DNA of 64,000 nucleotides, taken from positions 493,067-557,066 of the forward strand of contig JAKAWW010000001.1 in assembly GCA_021816895.1 (NCBI GenBank), in the 5' to 3' direction. Made by a program: the position numbers and the translations under genes. A model generated the notes under the pieces. The model saw only the letters and a list, made by a program, of their open reading frames with translations, had not been told where the DNA came from and searched no databases. This document shows positions 18,596 through 28,072 of the stretch, one piece after another. Numbering within the stretch: position 1 is the first letter of the stretch; the number at the start of each line of letters is the position of its first letter. Origin of the DNA: Candidatus Micrarchaeota archaeon. Lineage in GTDB: Archaea; Micrarchaeota; Micrarchaeia; Micrarchaeales; Micrarchaeaceae.

Positions 18596-19300
18596 ATGAA
18601 ATGTCTTGTAATTTTTGACTTGGATGAAGTGCTCGTGAAGAAAGGTAGTTACAATGCGCTAGGCAACCGGATACCTTTTGCAGTAAACAAAGTATTTGGA
18701 ACTGACGTGAGCATGGAGATGTTTCCTGATCTTTCCACTAAAAACACTAGAGGACTGACTGATACATTCATTTTGCTGAAGTTAGCAGAGCATGCCTGCG
18801 TAAAAAGAAGCATTGCCATTAATCACTTAAAGGAATTGTACAAAGCCGAGGCAGAGTATTCAAAGCGCCATATGAGAGAGCACAAAGCTTCGCTATATAA
18901 AGGCGTGAAGCATCTTCTTAAGAGATTGACTAAAGAGGGGTATGTTGTGTGCCTAGCAACAGGTAATATAGAGCCCGTAGCAAGGCTAAAGCTTAGGAAG
19001 TACGGCATTAATGGATTCTTCAAGTTCGGAGGTTTCGGCACACGCCTCAAGCGAGCAGGCATAATAAGGGATGCAATCAAAAATGCAGAGAAGAGGTATG
19101 GTAAGATAAGCAAGAGGAATATTTTTTACCTAGGCGATTCTCCACGAGGTGTCGATGGTGGAAAAGATGTGGGGGTTAATACGATAGCTGTAGCCACTGG
19201 AAAGTACACAATGAAAGAACTTGCTAAAGAAAAACCAGATTACCTGCTGAAGGACCTTTCAGATACAAAAAGGGTAATGAAAATACCTGGGCAATGTTGA
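18596..19300 (+). CDS. HAD-superfamily hydrolase
   Basis: Motif I VIFDLDEVLV (DxD). ATGN and GDSPRGVDGG fit motifs II-IV. Confidence 0.75.
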   Translation: MKCLVIFDLDEVLVKKGSYNALGNRIPFAVNKVFGTDVSMEMFPDLSTKNTRGLTDTFILLKLAEHACVKRSIAINHLKELYKAEAEYSKRHMREHKASLYKGVKHLLKRLTKEGYVVCLATGNIEPVARLKLRKYGINGFFKFGGFGTRLKRAGIIRDAIKNAEKRYGKISKRNIFYLGDSPRGVDGGKDVGVNTIAVATGKYTMKELAKEKPDYLLKDLSDTKRVMKIPGQC

Positions 19301-19321
19301 CCAAATATTTTTAGAATTTCC

Positions 19322-19798
19322 ATGAAAGTGTTAGATGATCAAATGGCTTACGAAAAAATTATGCACTTTGTAATATACAAGGCACTAAGAAGCGTAAAGC
19401 AAAACAAGAAAGCAAAGTTTGCCGCGTGTGTCGTAAAAGGATCAAGAATCATATCTCTGGGCTACAATACAACATCCATCGATCATGACATTGTTGCGCA
19501 TGCAGAGATAAATGCAATAAGGAGCGCATCAAAGAAACTCGGGTTGGAACACCATGGAAGCCTACTGGGCTTTACGCTATACTCTACATGCGAACCTTGC
19601 AGCATGTGCTTTGCCGCCAGCAAGTATGCCGGCATTAAGAAAATAGTCTATGGGATAAGCCTGAATGACCTCTCAAAACTCGACGCAGGGAAAAAGCTAA
19701 GGCCGCGTAAACAACACAGCTACATGAAGGATGAGATAGAGATGGTTGGAGGGGTTCTGAGGCAGGAATGCTGTGATCTTTTCAGCAGGTTTCATTAG
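19322..19798 (+). CDS. CMP/dCMP-type zinc deaminase (TadA / guanine deaminase-like)
   Basis: HAEINAI and TCEPCSMC form the H-A-E ... P-C-x-x-C zinc-binding signature. Confidence 0.8.
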   Translation: MKVLDDQMAYEKIMHFVIYKALRSVKQNKKAKFAACVVKGSRIISLGYNTTSIDHDIVAHAEINAIRSASKKLGLEHHGSLLGFTLYSTCEPCSMCFAASKYAGIKKIVYGISLNDLSKLDAGKKLRPRKQHSYMKDEIEMVGGVLRQECCDLFSRFH

Positions 19799-20234
19799 AA
19801 TGAAAAAATACCAACACTGTGCATATTAGAATAGAGTTTCATCATAATGAAATGAAAATACGCTTTTCAAAAAGCATTCATTCCGAATTTATGGAAAACA
19901 AGGCTTGCTGGTTAAGCAAGCTGTATTGCGTGCCAAAAGAGCAATGGAAAATTGGTTTTTCCTCGAGAGGCGTTTTTTGGCTCATAATTATGGAATAATG
20001 ATGAATGCTATCCATTTTATTGAAAATTTCTAACGTTTATAGCACTCTCCCATTTTTTCCTTGATATGCACTCATTTAAAGCAGTTCGACGACAAAGATT
20101 TGCACGCATTTGAGCACTATTGGAAGATCTCAAGGCAGGCCGAAAAAATGCCCATAGCAAAGAAAGCACACAAGGAAAGCGAAATTAAAAGAATACTCAA
20201 AATATATTAGATTTACTAATATTATCTAAGAACA

Positions 20235-20696
20235 TTACTTTCTTATGCCCACACCATGCGGCTTTCTGCTTGCAATCTGCTTGTTCACGCTCTCTACTAA
20301 ATACACTGTGAACTTCACTACTTCATTTTCCATCGATAACTCTTCGCTATATGAACCATTAGAAATAGACGCGAATTTGATTGTTATCTTTCCTCCATCT
20401 CTAGAGAAACGTGTAGATCCCCATAGCTCTTTCCAAAAACCATCATTATTGCCATTTGTTTTTTCTACAATTTCTTTCCCAATGTTCTCAATTTCTTTGT
20501 CACTCAAAGTTGTTTCTTCGCCACTCGATCCCTTCAGTACAATAACTACCGCTACCTTATAGGGAACATCCACGTCCTGCTCAGATCGGAAAAAACTGAA
20601 TCTTATCTGGCCATGTGCATATTTTGATTTAATTTCAGTTTTCACTTCTTCTGCTTCTAAAGCATTTTTTGCACTTGCATACATTTTCTCACCCAT
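20235..20696 (-). CDS. hypothetical protein
   Basis: 153-aa ORF. No motif recognised. Confidence 0.45.
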   Translation of the reverse strand: MGEKMYASAKNALEAEEVKTEIKSKYAHGQIRFSFFRSEQDVDVPYKVAVVIVLKGSSGEETTLSDKEIENIGKEIVEKTNGNNDGFWKELWGSTRFSRDGGKITIKFASISNGSYSEELSMENEVVKFTVYLVESVNKQIASRKPHGVGIRK

Positions 20697-20839
20697 ATAA
20701 ATTACACCGTTCCTTATATTTAAATGCTGTTAATTTTTGCATTTCTTTAATGCTGTTTGAACTAATTTAAATAATACTAAAAATATGTTAGATTAACTAA
20801 TTATTTTTTAGTATTGTCGTTCACAAATAAAAATCTTGA

Positions 20840-21340
20840 TTACTCTTCACTGCTTGGAGTATTGTAGTATTCTACAAGCAGCTTTTCAGCGATCTTGAAT
20901 AAGACATTTGCCCAAATCTCCCCTGGATATTTGTATTTAAGATTTTTTCTCCATTCATTATCGAGTATGCTATCACTTGAATCTCCCTCGAAAGCTTCTC
21001 CAAAGCACCATAATACCTCATACTTGTCGAGAACACCTAAAAGCTTTTGGTTTTCAGGATTTACGTATGTATACTCTTCTTTTTTTGGCAACCGTTGTTT
21101 TATGATACTAACGAGCTCTTTTTCGTAATTCATCTTGTCACTATTAATTTCCTCTATGCGCACAGCCAGCGCATTTATAAAACTAGAAGCTATCTCTCGA
21201 TGGTTCTTTAAATAACCTATTATGAATTTTTCAGCCTCTTTTTCCTTATCTAAACGATAGTCTCTAACTTCTCTTACAATGCTCGCTATATCATTGGATT
21301 GATTTCTTACCTCATCCTTATCTACTCTGATTTCGGGCAT
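20840..21340 (-). CDS. hypothetical protein
   Basis: 166-aa ORF. No motif recognised. Confidence 0.45.
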   Translation of the reverse strand: MPEIRVDKDEVRNQSNDIASIVREVRDYRLDKEKEAEKFIIGYLKNHREIASSFINALAVRIEEINSDKMNYEKELVSIIKQRLPKKEEYTYVNPENQKLLGVLDKYEVLWCFGEAFEGDSSDSILDNEWRKNLKYKYPGEIWANVLFKIAEKLLVEYYNTPSSEE

Positions 21341-21454
21341 ACAGTCACCTTAGAGTAAGCATGTGAGGAATGAGATATATAAACATATTGAATTTTTGTA
21401 ATTTGTTAAGAAGTTTTTGAAGTTTTTGAAAAGCGAACAAAAATTTTGACTTAC

Positions 21455-21668
21455 AGAATCCATAGCGAAAGCCCACCTCTTTCAAAGGTGGGATGAATGC
21501 GAAACACATAAATTATTAATTGTAGCTAAATATATAATATGATAGTGAAGTAAATGAAATTAACTCAGGTTGTAAAGGTAGAAGGCGATTATGAAATGAT
21601 GCCAACGGTTGAAACGAACCTTGAAACCGTGAGGAACCCCACAGAATTTATTCGTGGGAAGATGTCAG
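21455..21668 (+). mobile_element. MITE, an internally deleted derivative of the tnpB unit of the IS200/IS605 element at 42948-44309
   Basis: The left ~143 nt align to 42948-43091, including the LE hairpin and the first 15 tnpB codons. The right ~72 nt align to 44238-44309, including the RE hairpin. The junction is at about 21597. Hairpins lie at 21472-21492 and 21638-21658. Confidence 0.8.
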
Positions 21669-21916
21669 TCCCTTAGCCAACCTTTGCGAAAGTCGTTTGA
21701 TGCGTATTCGGAAAACACTACGGCTTCTTTAAGCATGGCTTTGAATATGTCTAGATTGACAAATTTATTTAAAAACGCTTGCTCCTTCTTGATGAATACG
21801 TCTGTGCTGCTTTTATACTTATCTAGCGATAAAAGTGCGTTTATGTCATCAGCATGCTTCTTCTTGTTGTAGCCGTGATCATTTGCATAAGCTAAAACCT
21901 TAAGGATTACTAACAT
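21665..21916 (-). CDS. hypothetical protein (possibly truncated by the MITE)
   Basis: 83-aa ORF. Its stop codon (complement of 21665-21667) lies inside the last 4 nt of the MITE. Confidence 0.35.
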   Translation of the reverse strand: MLVILKVLAYANDHGYNKKKHADDINALLSLDKYKSSTDVFIKKEQAFLNKFVNLDIFKAMLKEAVVFSEYASNDFRKGWLRD

Positions 21917-21981
21917 TTTTGCGGTTTTTATGATTTGAAAAATAAAGATAGCACAATTTTTGCTCTATGCATAACATACTA

Positions 21982-22602
21982 CTAGCGCTTATCCGATTTG
22001 GTTGAATCATTGCGGTTATCAGTGCGCAACGTTACCGGGATTATCTCTTTCCTTACCTCTATAAGTATCTCTTCCGTATCCCCCTTCATATCTGATATAA
22101 GCTTGACGGCCTTGAAACCACCAAGATAGTATTTTTGCATATCAATGTATTCATCCAAGATGGGCAATTTTGATAATCTAAGCAAGGCAAACTTCACATA
22201 CCCTTTCTGGGTAACGCAGTATGCAATTGCAGTGCCGACGAAATTGGCATTGAAATCGTCGCTTTTGTACCCTGGAATCATGTGCATTACAGCATCAGAC
22301 ATGATTTTCAAGGTGAGTGCATCGTATATTGTATCAAGAGAGAGATCGCTGTTCATGACCTGCTTGGCGTGGCGTGCTTTTTCCAGGATATCATTTGCGT
22401 CTATGTAGATCATATTGTCCTCAGGCTTCGAAAGCACATCCCTGCCTGCATTGTGCAATCCGTCCAGTATCTCTACATTAAAGGGTTTTATCTTTATATC
22501 AAAATTAGACCTTATGAAGCTAACTAGTATATCTGAAAGACTGTTGATCTCTTTGTCGCTAAATGGTCGCACGTGTTCTTCAAATGAGGTATTTTCAGCC
22601 AT
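21982..22602 (-). CDS. hypothetical protein
   Basis: 206-aa ORF. The antisense ORFs are low complexity. No motif recognised. Confidence 0.45.
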   Translation of the reverse strand: MAENTSFEEHVRPFSDKEINSLSDILVSFIRSNFDIKIKPFNVEILDGLHNAGRDVLSKPEDNMIYIDANDILEKARHAKQVMNSDLSLDTIYDALTLKIMSDAVMHMIPGYKSDDFNANFVGTAIAYCVTQKGYVKFALLRLSKLPILDEYIDMQKYYLGGFKAVKLISDMKGDTEEILIEVRKEIIPVTLRTDNRNDSTKSDKR

Positions 22603-22671
22603 TTTAACCTTATTGTATCAGTATACAAGCATTATTATTTATTTTCTTCAGGCTACGCAGCTTCATGTGCA

Positions 22672-23016
22672 CTACTCGCCGTATTCTGCATACATCTCAG
22701 CATCAAGCTGCTCTCTTAGGTCTTTGCCGAGCTCCTTTTTTCCAATCACATCTTCTACAGTGTTGCCATTCACGACAGAATACCTTATGCTGCCTTGTGA
22801 CATGGCGTACGATCCAGGGCACAATGTTCCTGCCTTAACTGCAATGGCGTCTACGCCCAGCCTAAGAATGTTGGCCATTGTGGCTTCTTTATTTCCAAAT
22901 CCCAGGTTGTCATTCTGGACAACGCTCCCGTCTGCTTCATTGTATACATATATGTATTCGGCTGCGTCAAGCGGTACAAGCTCTTTGTTCACGTTTACAG
23001 CAATTGCGATTTTCAT
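22672..23016 (-). CDS. NifX/NifB-like (dinitrogenase FeMo-cofactor-binding fold) small protein
   Basis: MKIAIAVN..., YIYVYNEADG and LGVDAIAVKAGTLCPG resemble the Nitro_FeMo-Co family layout. Start taken at the internal Met. Confidence 0.45.
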   Translation of the reverse strand: MKIAIAVNVNKELVPLDAAEYIYVYNEADGSVVQNDNLGFGNKEATMANILRLGVDAIAVKAGTLCPGSYAMSQGSIRYSVVNGNTVEDVIGKKELGKDLREQLDAEMYAEYGE

Positions 23017-23182
23017 TATATCACAATGAGCATTTTGCAGCAAAGTTTTTTAATGGGGCTAAATCAATCCTTTACTGCTGTAAATTTTTGTATTCAGTTC
23101 CTCTGTAACACCAAGAAGCAGACTTAAAGTTGACATACGTGTGTACTGATTGCAATATATGGCGTATTCTTTCTGCTGCAAG

Positions 23183-24109
23183 TCAAGTTTTGCCACCTTG
23201 CTTCTTTGTGTATTCCAGTATCTTGCTCAGTAGCGTGCTCTTGAGCTTTTCAAGATCCGTCTTGTCGTCTTTTATGCTCACGGTAACAGCTATGCCATAA
23301 GCAGTGCCTGATACATGCTCTATCGCTATCACAGTGCTGTTCTGAAGCACATTATGTTTCTTGAGCTCTGCAATGATGAGCCTTTTCATTGCGTCGAACT
23401 TGACGTCATTGCCTACCTCCACTTTGAACCTTAGTATTTTTTCCGCTGCCCTGTGGTGATTTATGACAAGCGCCTGGTTGAGTATGCCGTTTGGCACATA
23501 AAGCGGTGCGTGCACATCGCTTACAAGTTCTGTGTATAGCAAGCCTATCTTGGACACCTTTCCGCTGTATCCTGGAATAAATTCCTCGTGCGGATACGTA
23601 GATGGCATCTTATTGTATTGCCATGTTTGCACTGTTATATAATCGCCTGGCTCAAAAGGCTTTGCAATTATCATTGAAATGCCTGAGAATATGTTGCCCA
23701 GAGTAGATTGCGCCGCAAGGCCCAGCACTATGCCAAGAAAGCCGGCGCTTACCAGCAAGCCCGTGACATTGACATGCACCAGGTATAATGCTATGATTGC
23801 AACTATTGTATAGGAAACAATGCTGAAGAGCATCGATATGGTGCCCGCTTCCTGCTGCACGCCGTTGGCTTTTACATACTCTTTTATCGCTTTTGATATG
23901 AGCAGCGTTATACCTATGCCAAATGCAAGCGATAGTAAGGAGAGCACCCATGATTTAAGGCTGTTGCTCAGGTTCAAATATTCAAGAAGCGAATACAGGA
24001 TTACTATCAGCACTGCGCTTGCCACTATGAGCACAGCAAGGCGCACAAGCTCTCTGTTTCTTGAATTGCCCTCATTGTTGGCAGCATTTTTATGGTAGTC
24101 TTCATCCAT
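23183..24109 (-). CDS. small-conductance mechanosensitive channel (MscS family)
   Basis: Three or four N-terminal TMS, then QSTLGNIFSGISMIIAKPFEPGDYI, the conserved MscS TM3/beta-domain junction. Confidence 0.8.
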   Translation of the reverse strand: MDEDYHKNAANNEGNSRNRELVRLAVLIVASAVLIVILYSLLEYLNLSNSLKSWVLSLLSLAFGIGITLLISKAIKEYVKANGVQQEAGTISMLFSIVSYTIVAIIALYLVHVNVTGLLVSAGFLGIVLGLAAQSTLGNIFSGISMIIAKPFEPGDYITVQTWQYNKMPSTYPHEEFIPGYSGKVSKIGLLYTELVSDVHAPLYVPNGILNQALVINHHRAAEKILRFKVEVGNDVKFDAMKRLIIAELKKHNVLQNSTVIAIEHVSGTAYGIAVTVSIKDDKTDLEKLKSTLLSKILEYTKKQGGKT

Positions 24110-24283
24110 AATACCAATTTCTGCGCATCTTATTATAAACCTTTTTGAAAAATGTGCTATTGATGCAATAAATAAGCGCAAAATATATTACTCTTGCATT
24201 TTGCATATTTTGGCGTTTTCGACCAAACTTGTTTGGGAAAAAGTATATATAGCCTAGCAGCAGATTATCTTAGCAGTGGTGCT

Positions 24284-24735
24284 GTGGTTAACATTGGTTA
24301 CGTTGCGCCGGATTTCAAGCTGGTTGGCTCTGGTGTTAAGAAGCATACTATTAAGGAATTTGCTGGCAAGCTGTTGGTGTTGTATTTCTACCAGAAAGAC
24401 AATACACCTGGCTGCACGCTTGAAGCAAATGGATTCAACAAAAATATAAGCACAATAAACAAGCTTGGCGCTGAAATAGTGGGTATCGGCAAGGACAGCC
24501 TGGAGGTGCACAACAAATTTGGATCAAAGTGCAAGCTTAAATTTTTGCTGCTCTCTGATCCAGACTCCGGCATGATGAAAAATGCGACGCATACGGAAAG
24601 AAACTCACAAGAATGGTCACGCCGAGAAAGACATACATAATGGGCAAAGACGGTCGCATAGCCAAAATATTTCCAAAGGTAAACAATGTTGGGCATGTTA
24701 AAGATGTTATTGAAGCAATTAAGAGCTTGGTGTGA
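24284..24735 (+). pseudogene. bcp: Bcp-type peroxiredoxin paralogue interrupted by a frameshift in an A5 run
   Basis: Frame 1 encodes VVNIGYVAPDF...YFYQKDNTPGCTLEA...LLLSDPDSGMMK. The rest of the protein (CDAYGKKLTRMVTPRKTYIMGKDGRIAKIFPKVNNVGHVKDVIEAIKSLV) continues in the -1 frame after the A-run at 24578-24582. One extra A would restore a full-length protein. Confidence 0.7.
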
Positions 24736-26045
24736 ACTTGGCGCTGACCAATAGCAAAAAACCTGCAAATGATGAACACGCTGCATGGAATATCAATTAC
24801 GTGACGGTAACTTCAAAAGCAGCAATGCATCTTATCGATGAAATCTCACCAACTGGATATATATCCGCGGCCCCAAACTACAGCTGGTACAAGCCCCACT
24901 GGTTTAGGGATTCATCATGGGTTGCCATAGCGCTATTGACTTACTATAATTCGATGCGCAAAGACGATACGCTTGCAATTTCGGCGCTTAGTGCAGCCGA
25001 TAAGGTAATAAATTTCAATATAGAAGGGATAAGAAAATTCCTTGGAAGAATAAGCAAATTGGAAAGCATAAATTACGAAGATCATGAATTCTTCAACCTT
25101 AAATTCCACATGCCTTCAAGGTGCGGTCCAAACCATGAGTTCTTCAAAAGCGATACCATAGCCGACGAAGCTGAAAGCAATGTGAAGCACAGCTGGCTTA
25201 TGCAATATGATTCAATACCACTGATACTGCTGTCATTGCGGAAAAAACACGAATTGGTGGGGTTAAGCGAGAATGAAAAAGATTTCCTTGATAAGCACAT
25301 GGAAACAATCCTTAGATACCTAGGCAAGATTTATATTACCGAATGCCCAAGCATGTGGGAGATCAATGCAGACATGCTGCATGCATATAATGTTGCCGCT
25401 ATTCACTCAGCATTTGAATTTGCACATATGCTTTCACACAATCGCATAATACACTTAAGCAGTGGAAGTATTGAAGGAATAGAGAGGAAATACTTCAAGG
25501 AAGGTACGTTGGGATTTTTGAAGCAGTATTTTGTAAAAGACGGTATGCTTTACAGCGAGAAAAAGCCATTTGCCGAATCTCCGGAAACCTCTAAAGGATT
25601 TGATGGCTCTGAGATATTTGTCTTTAATTATTTTGGCATAAATGGCAAGACCTTGGGCGATGAAAAAATAGAAGAAATAACATTGCAAAAAATGCGAGAG
25701 GAGCTATTTGGGAATAATGTATTGCCGATACGCTTCAAGGGCGACATATATTTTACCGGAGGCAGGTGGCTGCTTCTTGGCCTTGAGTTTGCCAATTATT
25801 ATGCAATGCACGGGAGCATTGAAAAAGCAGAGGATATAATCGATTACATAGAGAAGAAATACAGCAATAGCTATCCTGAGCAGGAGATAGTAGATCCAGC
25901 AAGCCCTAGTATCGATCAGGGCAACTATTATGCGCTCAACAATTACAAGCCAATACAGGATCTTGCTTGGTCATATGCAAGCATGATTATCGCTGCTCTC
26001 AACGTAGAGAGTGAAAAGGCCAAGCAGCTTCTAAGAGGGTATTGA
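24732..26045 (+). CDS. glycoside hydrolase family 15-like (glucoamylase/trehalase-related) protein
   Basis: YKPHWFRDSSWVAIAL (the W-x-RD motif of the GH15 catalytic domain) within an alpha/alpha-toroid-like sequence. Start is uncertain (GTG at 24732 overlaps the bcp remnant stop). Confidence 0.65.
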   Translation: MNLALTNSKKPANDEHAAWNINYVTVTSKAAMHLIDEISPTGYISAAPNYSWYKPHWFRDSSWVAIALLTYYNSMRKDDTLAISALSAADKVINFNIEGIRKFLGRISKLESINYEDHEFFNLKFHMPSRCGPNHEFFKSDTIADEAESNVKHSWLMQYDSIPLILLSLRKKHELVGLSENEKDFLDKHMETILRYLGKIYITECPSMWEINADMLHAYNVAAIHSAFEFAHMLSHNRIIHLSSGSIEGIERKYFKEGTLGFLKQYFVKDGMLYSEKKPFAESPETSKGFDGSEIFVFNYFGINGKTLGDEKIEEITLQKMREELFGNNVLPIRFKGDIYFTGGRWLLLGLEFANYYAMHGSIEKAEDIIDYIEKKYSNSYPEQEIVDPASPSIDQGNYYALNNYKPIQDLAWSYASMIIAALNVESEKAKQLLRGY

Positions 26046-26057
26046 AACTTTACGATT

Positions 26058-27320
26058 TTAGTGCCTGCTTTTTTCTATGAACTGCTTTGCAAGATCGTAT
26101 AGCTCTTCATAGCTTGCCTTATTTTCCGTGGCACCGTCATTGAATGCCTGTACGCCTACCCCAGCAGCAACCCTGTAGAAGGCTTCATAATCGTCCATTC
26201 TTGGCACTATGTTGGTTGTACTCAGGCCTTTTTCTTCTGCGTACTTTGCAAGCTCCTCGGCCGCAGCTATGGCCATGCTGTCTGTGATGTACCTTGCCTG
26301 GACGTCAAATACGCCCCTAAATACTCCTGGAAACACTATGGAATTGTTGACTTGATTGGGCATGTCACTCCTTCCTGTAGCGAATATCTTCACGCCTGCT
26401 TTCTGGGCCTCTTCTTTTGATATCTCAGGCTGCGGATTGGCAAGCGCGAATACAACAGGATCGCTGTTCATCTTTCGTATCCATTCGCCTTTCAGTGTGC
26501 CCTGACTCGAGACCGAGGCGGCAATTATCGCATCTGCGCCGCTTATCGCTTCCTCAATGGAAGTAGCATTATACCTGTTAGTACTGCCAATTATCTCGTA
26601 TTTCTGCGGATTCGAAGATTTTAGCTGTTCAACATCTGCTCTGCCTTTGTGAAGCACGCCTTTTGAGTCTATGACAACTGCATTCGACTTGCCAAGCCCA
26701 TATTTCGAAAGCAGACGCAATATAGAGAGGTTTGCTGTGCCCGCACCGAACATCACAAGCTTTATGCTTTTTATGTCCTTGTTAACAATTTTGAGCGCGT
26801 TTATGAGTGCTGAAAGGGCCGCAGCTGCGGTGCCTTGGTTGTCATCATGCCATACAGGTATGCTAAGTTCCTTCTGCAGCCTTTCCAGTATTGCAAAAGA
26901 TTTAGGCGACTCTATGTCTTCTAGGTTTATCCCCCCAAAAGATGGTGCTATCGCTTTTACTGTTTCTACTATGTTATCTATAGAGGTTGTGCCAAGCGTT
27001 ATTGGCACTGCATCTACACCGCCAAGGTGCTTGAAAAGCAGCGCCTTGCCTTCCATAACAGGCATGGCCGCATCTGGGCCTATATTGCCCAATCCAAGCA
27101 CCCTTGTGCCATCGGTGACTATTGCTACCGTGTTCCACTTATATGTGTACATGCTAGCTTTGCTGCGGTCGCTGATTATTTCGCGCGATACTGCTGCAAT
27201 GCCAGGCGTGTAGATCACTGCAAAGTCATCGAATGACCTTATCCGCATCTTGGGCTTTATCGCTATCTTCCCTCTCAGCCTTTTTGATACGTTTATAGCC
27301 TTTTTGTCCAGTTTGTCCAT
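26058..27320 (-). CDS. NAD(P)-dependent malic enzyme
   Basis: YTPGIA, LGLGNIGPDAAMPVMEGKALLFKHLGGVDAVPI and FGAGTAN (Rossmann) are typical of short prokaryotic malic enzymes. Confidence 0.9.
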   Translation of the reverse strand: MDKLDKKAINVSKRLRGKIAIKPKMRIRSFDDFAVIYTPGIAAVSREIISDRSKASMYTYKWNTVAIVTDGTRVLGLGNIGPDAAMPVMEGKALLFKHLGGVDAVPITLGTTSIDNIVETVKAIAPSFGGINLEDIESPKSFAILERLQKELSIPVWHDDNQGTAAAALSALINALKIVNKDIKSIKLVMFGAGTANLSILRLLSKYGLGKSNAVVIDSKGVLHKGRADVEQLKSSNPQKYEIIGSTNRYNATSIEEAISGADAIIAASVSSQGTLKGEWIRKMNSDPVVFALANPQPEISKEEAQKAGVKIFATGRSDMPNQVNNSIVFPGVFRGVFDVQARYITDSMAIAAAEELAKYAEEKGLSTTNIVPRMDDYEAFYRVAAGVGVQAFNDGATENKASYEELYDLAKQFIEKSRH

Positions 27321-27469
27321 GTCTATCCCTGTAATGCTCTATAGTAAAATGTTCAAATTGCACTTTGTAGGAACCTACCTGTTTTGAAATTTAGCGCAAG
27401 CAAGGTTTTTATTACTAAACCAAATTTTATTTTATCTAAATCAAATTCCCACATTGCCAAAATATGAAT

Positions 27470-28069
27470 TTATTGCTGCAATATGTCAGCAAAATAGCCA
27501 GCAACCTTCCTGCCGAAGCTTACATTATAGGCTTTTAGGTATTTGTTAAGCCTATTCATGTCCAATTTGCTGATTGCCTCCCTTACCAGCTCTTTCCTTA
27601 TGCCAATCTTAAAATACTCCATGTCTATAAAGGTCTTTTCCAAGTCTGAAACCGGCACCCAAAAACTATCGTATTGCAATAGTTTATATCCGAAGAAATA
27701 TTTGCTTTTTATTCTCATTACCCTATAGTTCCTTCCTTCAAATGACCTTACACCAGTTCTTACACTCCTGATTGTCATCACTGCGTTATTTGCGCCTTGA
27801 GTTGAAAATCCCAACAGACTCAGTGCACTTTCCAGTCCATAATAGAACGGTTTGAATGCGAAACCGACAACAATTGTATCGTTGTGGAATGTATATACGC
27901 CTTTGCTAATTCTTTTTATTCTACCAGATCTGGCATATTTGTGGAGCATCAGGCGCAGGTATTCATAGCTCATACCGCTGCCCTCAAATGCAAGCATAAT
28001 GTCACCTATCGTGAATACAGGGAACTTGTTGTTATTGAACAACTTTTCAAATTCTTTTGCATACTTCAT
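27470..28069 (-). CDS. AbiEi-like antitoxin / wHTH regulator
   Basis: N-terminal FTIGDIM...LRLMLHKYARSGRIKRISKGVYTF matches the AbiEi wHTH signature (G-x-l-x-r-l-x-r-G-v-Y). Located 4 nt downstream of the NTase gene. Confidence 0.6.
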   Translation of the reverse strand: MKYAKEFEKLFNNNKFPVFTIGDIMLAFEGSGMSYEYLRLMLHKYARSGRIKRISKGVYTFHNDTIVVGFAFKPFYYGLESALSLLGFSTQGANNAVMTIRSVRTGVRSFEGRNYRVMRIKSKYFFGYKLLQYDSFWVPVSDLEKTFIDMEYFKIGIRKELVREAISKLDMNRLNKYLKAYNVSFGRKVAGYFADILQQ

Positions 28070-28072
28070 TAA

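Noticed and set aside
14672-18600. Integron-like attC sites at cassette boundaries
   Set aside because: I looked for RYYYAAC...GTTRRRY imperfect palindromes in the spacers. The best candidate (ggttagaa...tgtaaacc inside repeat B) matches only about 4 of 7 positions. No intI-like gene is present.
19990-20060. C/D-box sRNA (aatgatga at about 19996)
   Set aside because: No CTGA D or D' boxes at the required spacing and no terminal stem.
22415-23029. 204-aa plus-strand ORF spanning two minus-strand genes
   Set aside because: Ser/Leu-rich. It crosses the intergenic gap between 21982-22602 and 22672-23016, which look like real genes.
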